Part shown: in pieces, positions 15,082-17,507 of the stretch
Numbering within the stretch: the first letter of the stretch is position 1
How the letters are laid out: every line of letters starts with the position of its first letter
From: Candidatus Latescibacterota bacterium
Lineage (GTDB): Bacteria > Latescibacterota > UBA2968 > UBA8231
Length of the DNA: 17,507 nucleotides
Direction of reading: 5' to 3'
Assembly (NCBI GenBank): GCA_965242865.1
Contig: CBDETK010000003.1
Coordinates: 1 to 17,507, forward strand
Translations under genes and position numbers: made by a program
The notes under the pieces: model-generated
Databases searched by the model: none
Told to the model about the DNA's origin: nothing
Seen by the model: the letters and a program-made list of their open reading frames with translations, nothing else

Positions 15082-17310
15082 TCAACAGCATTTTGGACAC
15101 TCGCCGGGAGTGTCCGGTGCATGAGTGAGAAGAGAAACTACCTCGGGCTCATCTTGGATACTGGCGTAATGTAGAGGCAATTTTCCTTGTCCATCCTCCA
15201 TCGAAACTGCACCAGCGCTCAACAAAATTCTAATAATCATGACATCACCAGTGTAAGCGGCCGCATGCAGTGCGGTGAGTCCATTTTCGTTCTGAAGATT
15301 GACGTCTGCATCAATCTCCAGTAGGGAGCAAACGACCTTGGAATTAGCCTTTCTAACGGCCTCATGCAGGGCAGTATCGCCCCGGTTGTCGCGCTGATTC
15401 ACATCAGCACCCCATTTATGCAGGAGAACAACGAAAGCAGGGCGATCTCGTTGAGCTGCACGATGCAAGGGAGTCTTTCCAAAGATGTTACGCGCATCCA
15501 ATCGGCTACCAGCCTCCAACAAAATCTCACCGATCTCAAGATGACTTTGAGAGGCAGCTTGATGCAGAGGAGAATGGTCAAACTTATCTTGTGAATTCGG
15601 ATCTGCCCCGAATTTGAGCAGTATACGTACAATCTCGACATAGCCTCGAGTAGCGGCCAAGTGTAGGGGGGTGCGGGTCCTGGTCTGTAAATTGAAATTC
15701 GCGCCAGCCTTGAGCAAGAGATCCACAGTGTCTTTGTGGTCATTCTCAACTGCCAAGTGTAAAGGGGAATAGCCAAAATTGTTCTGCAAATCCGGATTTC
15801 CGCCATTGTCAAGAAGACGTTTGACAACCTCGTTGTTGCCCCTAATCGAGGCCCAATGCAAAGGGGTTAATCCATTGCTATCGGGAGCATTGGGATTGAG
15901 GCGACGGTGAAGGCGAGGAACGTGAACAACCTCATTAGTGGTATATGAAGGGTGCGGGTCAGGATAACGGAGGGAAGTGGTTTCTGAAGAGGACAACTGA
16001 GGAACACGAGTTTTTATGGCAACGGCAGATTCCAAGGTATCGACAAGTCCGTACTTTTTGGAGAAGTCGGATGGGGGTTCAGCATCACGAACCTTCGTAG
16101 GATGAAGGAGATCGGCATAGCGTTGGAAAGATACAGGGTCAGATCCAAAAGCGAGTAGTTTGTCAACAGTCGTGAGGTCGCCGTTGAAGGCGGCTTGGTG
16201 GAGCGCGGTGAATCCATAATCACCCCACATATCCGAATCAATAACTTCCAAATCAGCGCCCATCGTGGCTAGGGCGATAACAGTCTCAGAGTGACCTTGA
16301 TCCTTGGCCCGCTGGATCGGAGTCAACCCCTCCTCGTCCTGCACACTCGGGTCGGCGCCAGCGATAATCAAAGCGATGGCAATCTCGGAGTATCCATGAG
16401 CCGCTGCCTGATGCAACGGGGTAGACCCGTTGTTGATCTGCACATTCGGGTCGGCACCACCTGCAAGCAGCTCATCGACAACCTCGGAATAGCCCTGAGT
16501 GGAAGCTTTGTGCAGAGGGGTACATCCACCTTCGGTCAGCGCATTCGGATCAGCACCATAAGAGAGCAGACTGGAAACAATCCGAGGACGATCCAGAGCA
16601 GTGGCGATATACAGAGGATTGCATGCAGTGTCCTTCGCATTGGGATCGGCACCAGCCTTTAACAAAATATCAACGGCCTCGATATGGTCTTCGAGAATAG
16701 CGATGACCAGGGGAGTATACCCGTCGACACTCTGGATATTCGGATCAGCGTTAGCCTTCAACAAGGCATTTATAGTCTCTGGAAAACCCAGAACAGCCAT
16801 ATGCAGAGGGGCGAAACCGTCGATGTCCCGCGCATTCGGATCAGCACCGCCACGCAGCAGCGCGTCGACAACATCAGGAGCATCTTGAAGAGTGGCGATA
16901 TACAGTGGGGTAATCAGGTTGTCATCCGGAATATCTACTAAGCCAGCATCAGCCTCCAGCAAAACACCAACTGCCTCGGAACCACCTTGAAATGCGGCCA
17001 AGTGCAGGGGACTGAATCCGTCAGTGCTCTGGACAGCTAAATCAGCACCAGCCTCCAACAGCGCTGTGATATTAGCGGGGTCGCCTTCGAAGGCAGCCAA
17101 GAGCAGAGGGGTCAAGGCATCGACAGTCGGCAAGTTGGGATCGGCACCTGCCTTCAGCAGAGCAGCAACCTCCTCGACATTCCCACGGATAACGGCGTCG
17201 TGGAGCGGACCGAAATGGCCGGCGGCTTGGGCCGCATAGGCCAACACCGTGAATATAAATGCGATGAGAACTCGGAATCTCATAGGAACACGTAGACCCG
17301 GATAATTCAT
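15082..17310 (-). CDS. Secreted ankyrin-repeat protein (~19 repeats); start at 17310 or 17283
   Basis: Signal peptide MRFRVLIAFIFTVLAYAAQA. Eleven TPLHxA...LLxxGADPN-type repeats, an ~80-aa non-repeat insert, then eight more repeats. C-terminus GECPKCC. Confidence 0.95.
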   Translation of the reverse strand: MNYPGLRVPMRFRVLIAFIFTVLAYAAQAAGHFGPLHDAVIRGNVEEVAALLKAGADPNLPTVDALTPLLLAAFEGDPANITALLEAGADLAVQSTDGFSPLHLAAFQGGSEAVGVLLEADAGLVDIPDDNLITPLYIATLQDAPDVVDALLRGGADPNARDIDGFAPLHMAVLGFPETINALLKANADPNIQSVDGYTPLVIAILEDHIEAVDILLKAGADPNAKDTACNPLYIATALDRPRIVSSLLSYGADPNALTEGGCTPLHKASTQGYSEVVDELLAGGADPNVQINNGSTPLHQAAAHGYSEIAIALIIAGADPSVQDEEGLTPIQRAKDQGHSETVIALATMGADLEVIDSDMWGDYGFTALHQAAFNGDLTTVDKLLAFGSDPVSFQRYADLLHPTKVRDAEPPSDFSKKYGLVDTLESAVAIKTRVPQLSSSETTSLRYPDPHPSYTTNEVVHVPRLHRRLNPNAPDSNGLTPLHWASIRGNNEVVKRLLDNGGNPDLQNNFGYSPLHLAVENDHKDTVDLLLKAGANFNLQTRTRTPLHLAATRGYVEIVRILLKFGADPNSQDKFDHSPLHQAASQSHLEIGEILLEAGSRLDARNIFGKTPLHRAAQRDRPAFVVLLHKWGADVNQRDNRGDTALHEAVRKANSKVVCSLLEIDADVNLQNENGLTALHAAAYTGDVMIIRILLSAGAVSMEDGQGKLPLHYASIQDEPEVVSLLTHAPDTPGECPKCC

Positions 17311-17403
17311 ACCTTACATGGAACGCATGAGGAACACACTGCAACTTACTGATCTAGTAGCAATTTTCCGACCAACTAAGGCGTCCCTCGCACTAGGTGG
17401 CGG

Positions 17404-17433
17404 CTTATACCAGAAAAAAGAGGGGAATGTCAA
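17404..17433 (-). promoter_or_regulatory. Sigma70 promoter of the ankyrin gene
   Basis: Minus strand TTGACA-N18-TATAAG with an extended -10 TG, ~95 bp upstream of the start. Confidence 0.65.
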
Positions 17434-17507
17434 GTCTCTCCGACCGAGACAGGCGTCCACGCTGACAGACCTTGAATTATGCTTATATTTCAACGAGTTA
17501 AATGATT

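Noticed and set aside
8617-17310. Integron cassette array or diversity-generating retroelement
   Set aside because: No attC-like sites seen after the gene ends I examined, no integrase or reverse transcriptase, and no adenine-specific TR/VR pair.

Overview
All supported genes lie on the minus strand. The window is a mosaic of very GC-rich DNA and visibly lower-GC genes. It carries a >1893-aa autotransporter that runs off the left edge, two paralogous membrane-anchored pentapeptide-repeat genes (one split by a frameshift), each preceded by a small secreted Cys-rich ORF, a conserved secreted 133-aa protein, and a secreted ~19-repeat ankyrin protein. This mix resembles host-associated (for example sponge-symbiont) proteobacteria, which is inference only. 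Two internally deleted IS1634-family remnants are present. The most unusual signal is at 5.9-8.3 kb, in and beside the larger remnant. Its 3' end carries a cas-less array with CRISPR-like geometry: ~36-bp repeats and three different 30-bp spacers, the third amplified eight times. Inside the dead transposase, two more ~36-37-bp duplications each flank a short foreign insert, one of which reads as a fragment of the housekeeping gene folE2. Three pure tandem expansions (18, 25 and 48 bp) also occur there. The pattern looks like repeated spacer-style DNA capture at non-CRISPR sites. No responsible enzyme is encoded in the window, and assembly artefacts must be excluded.
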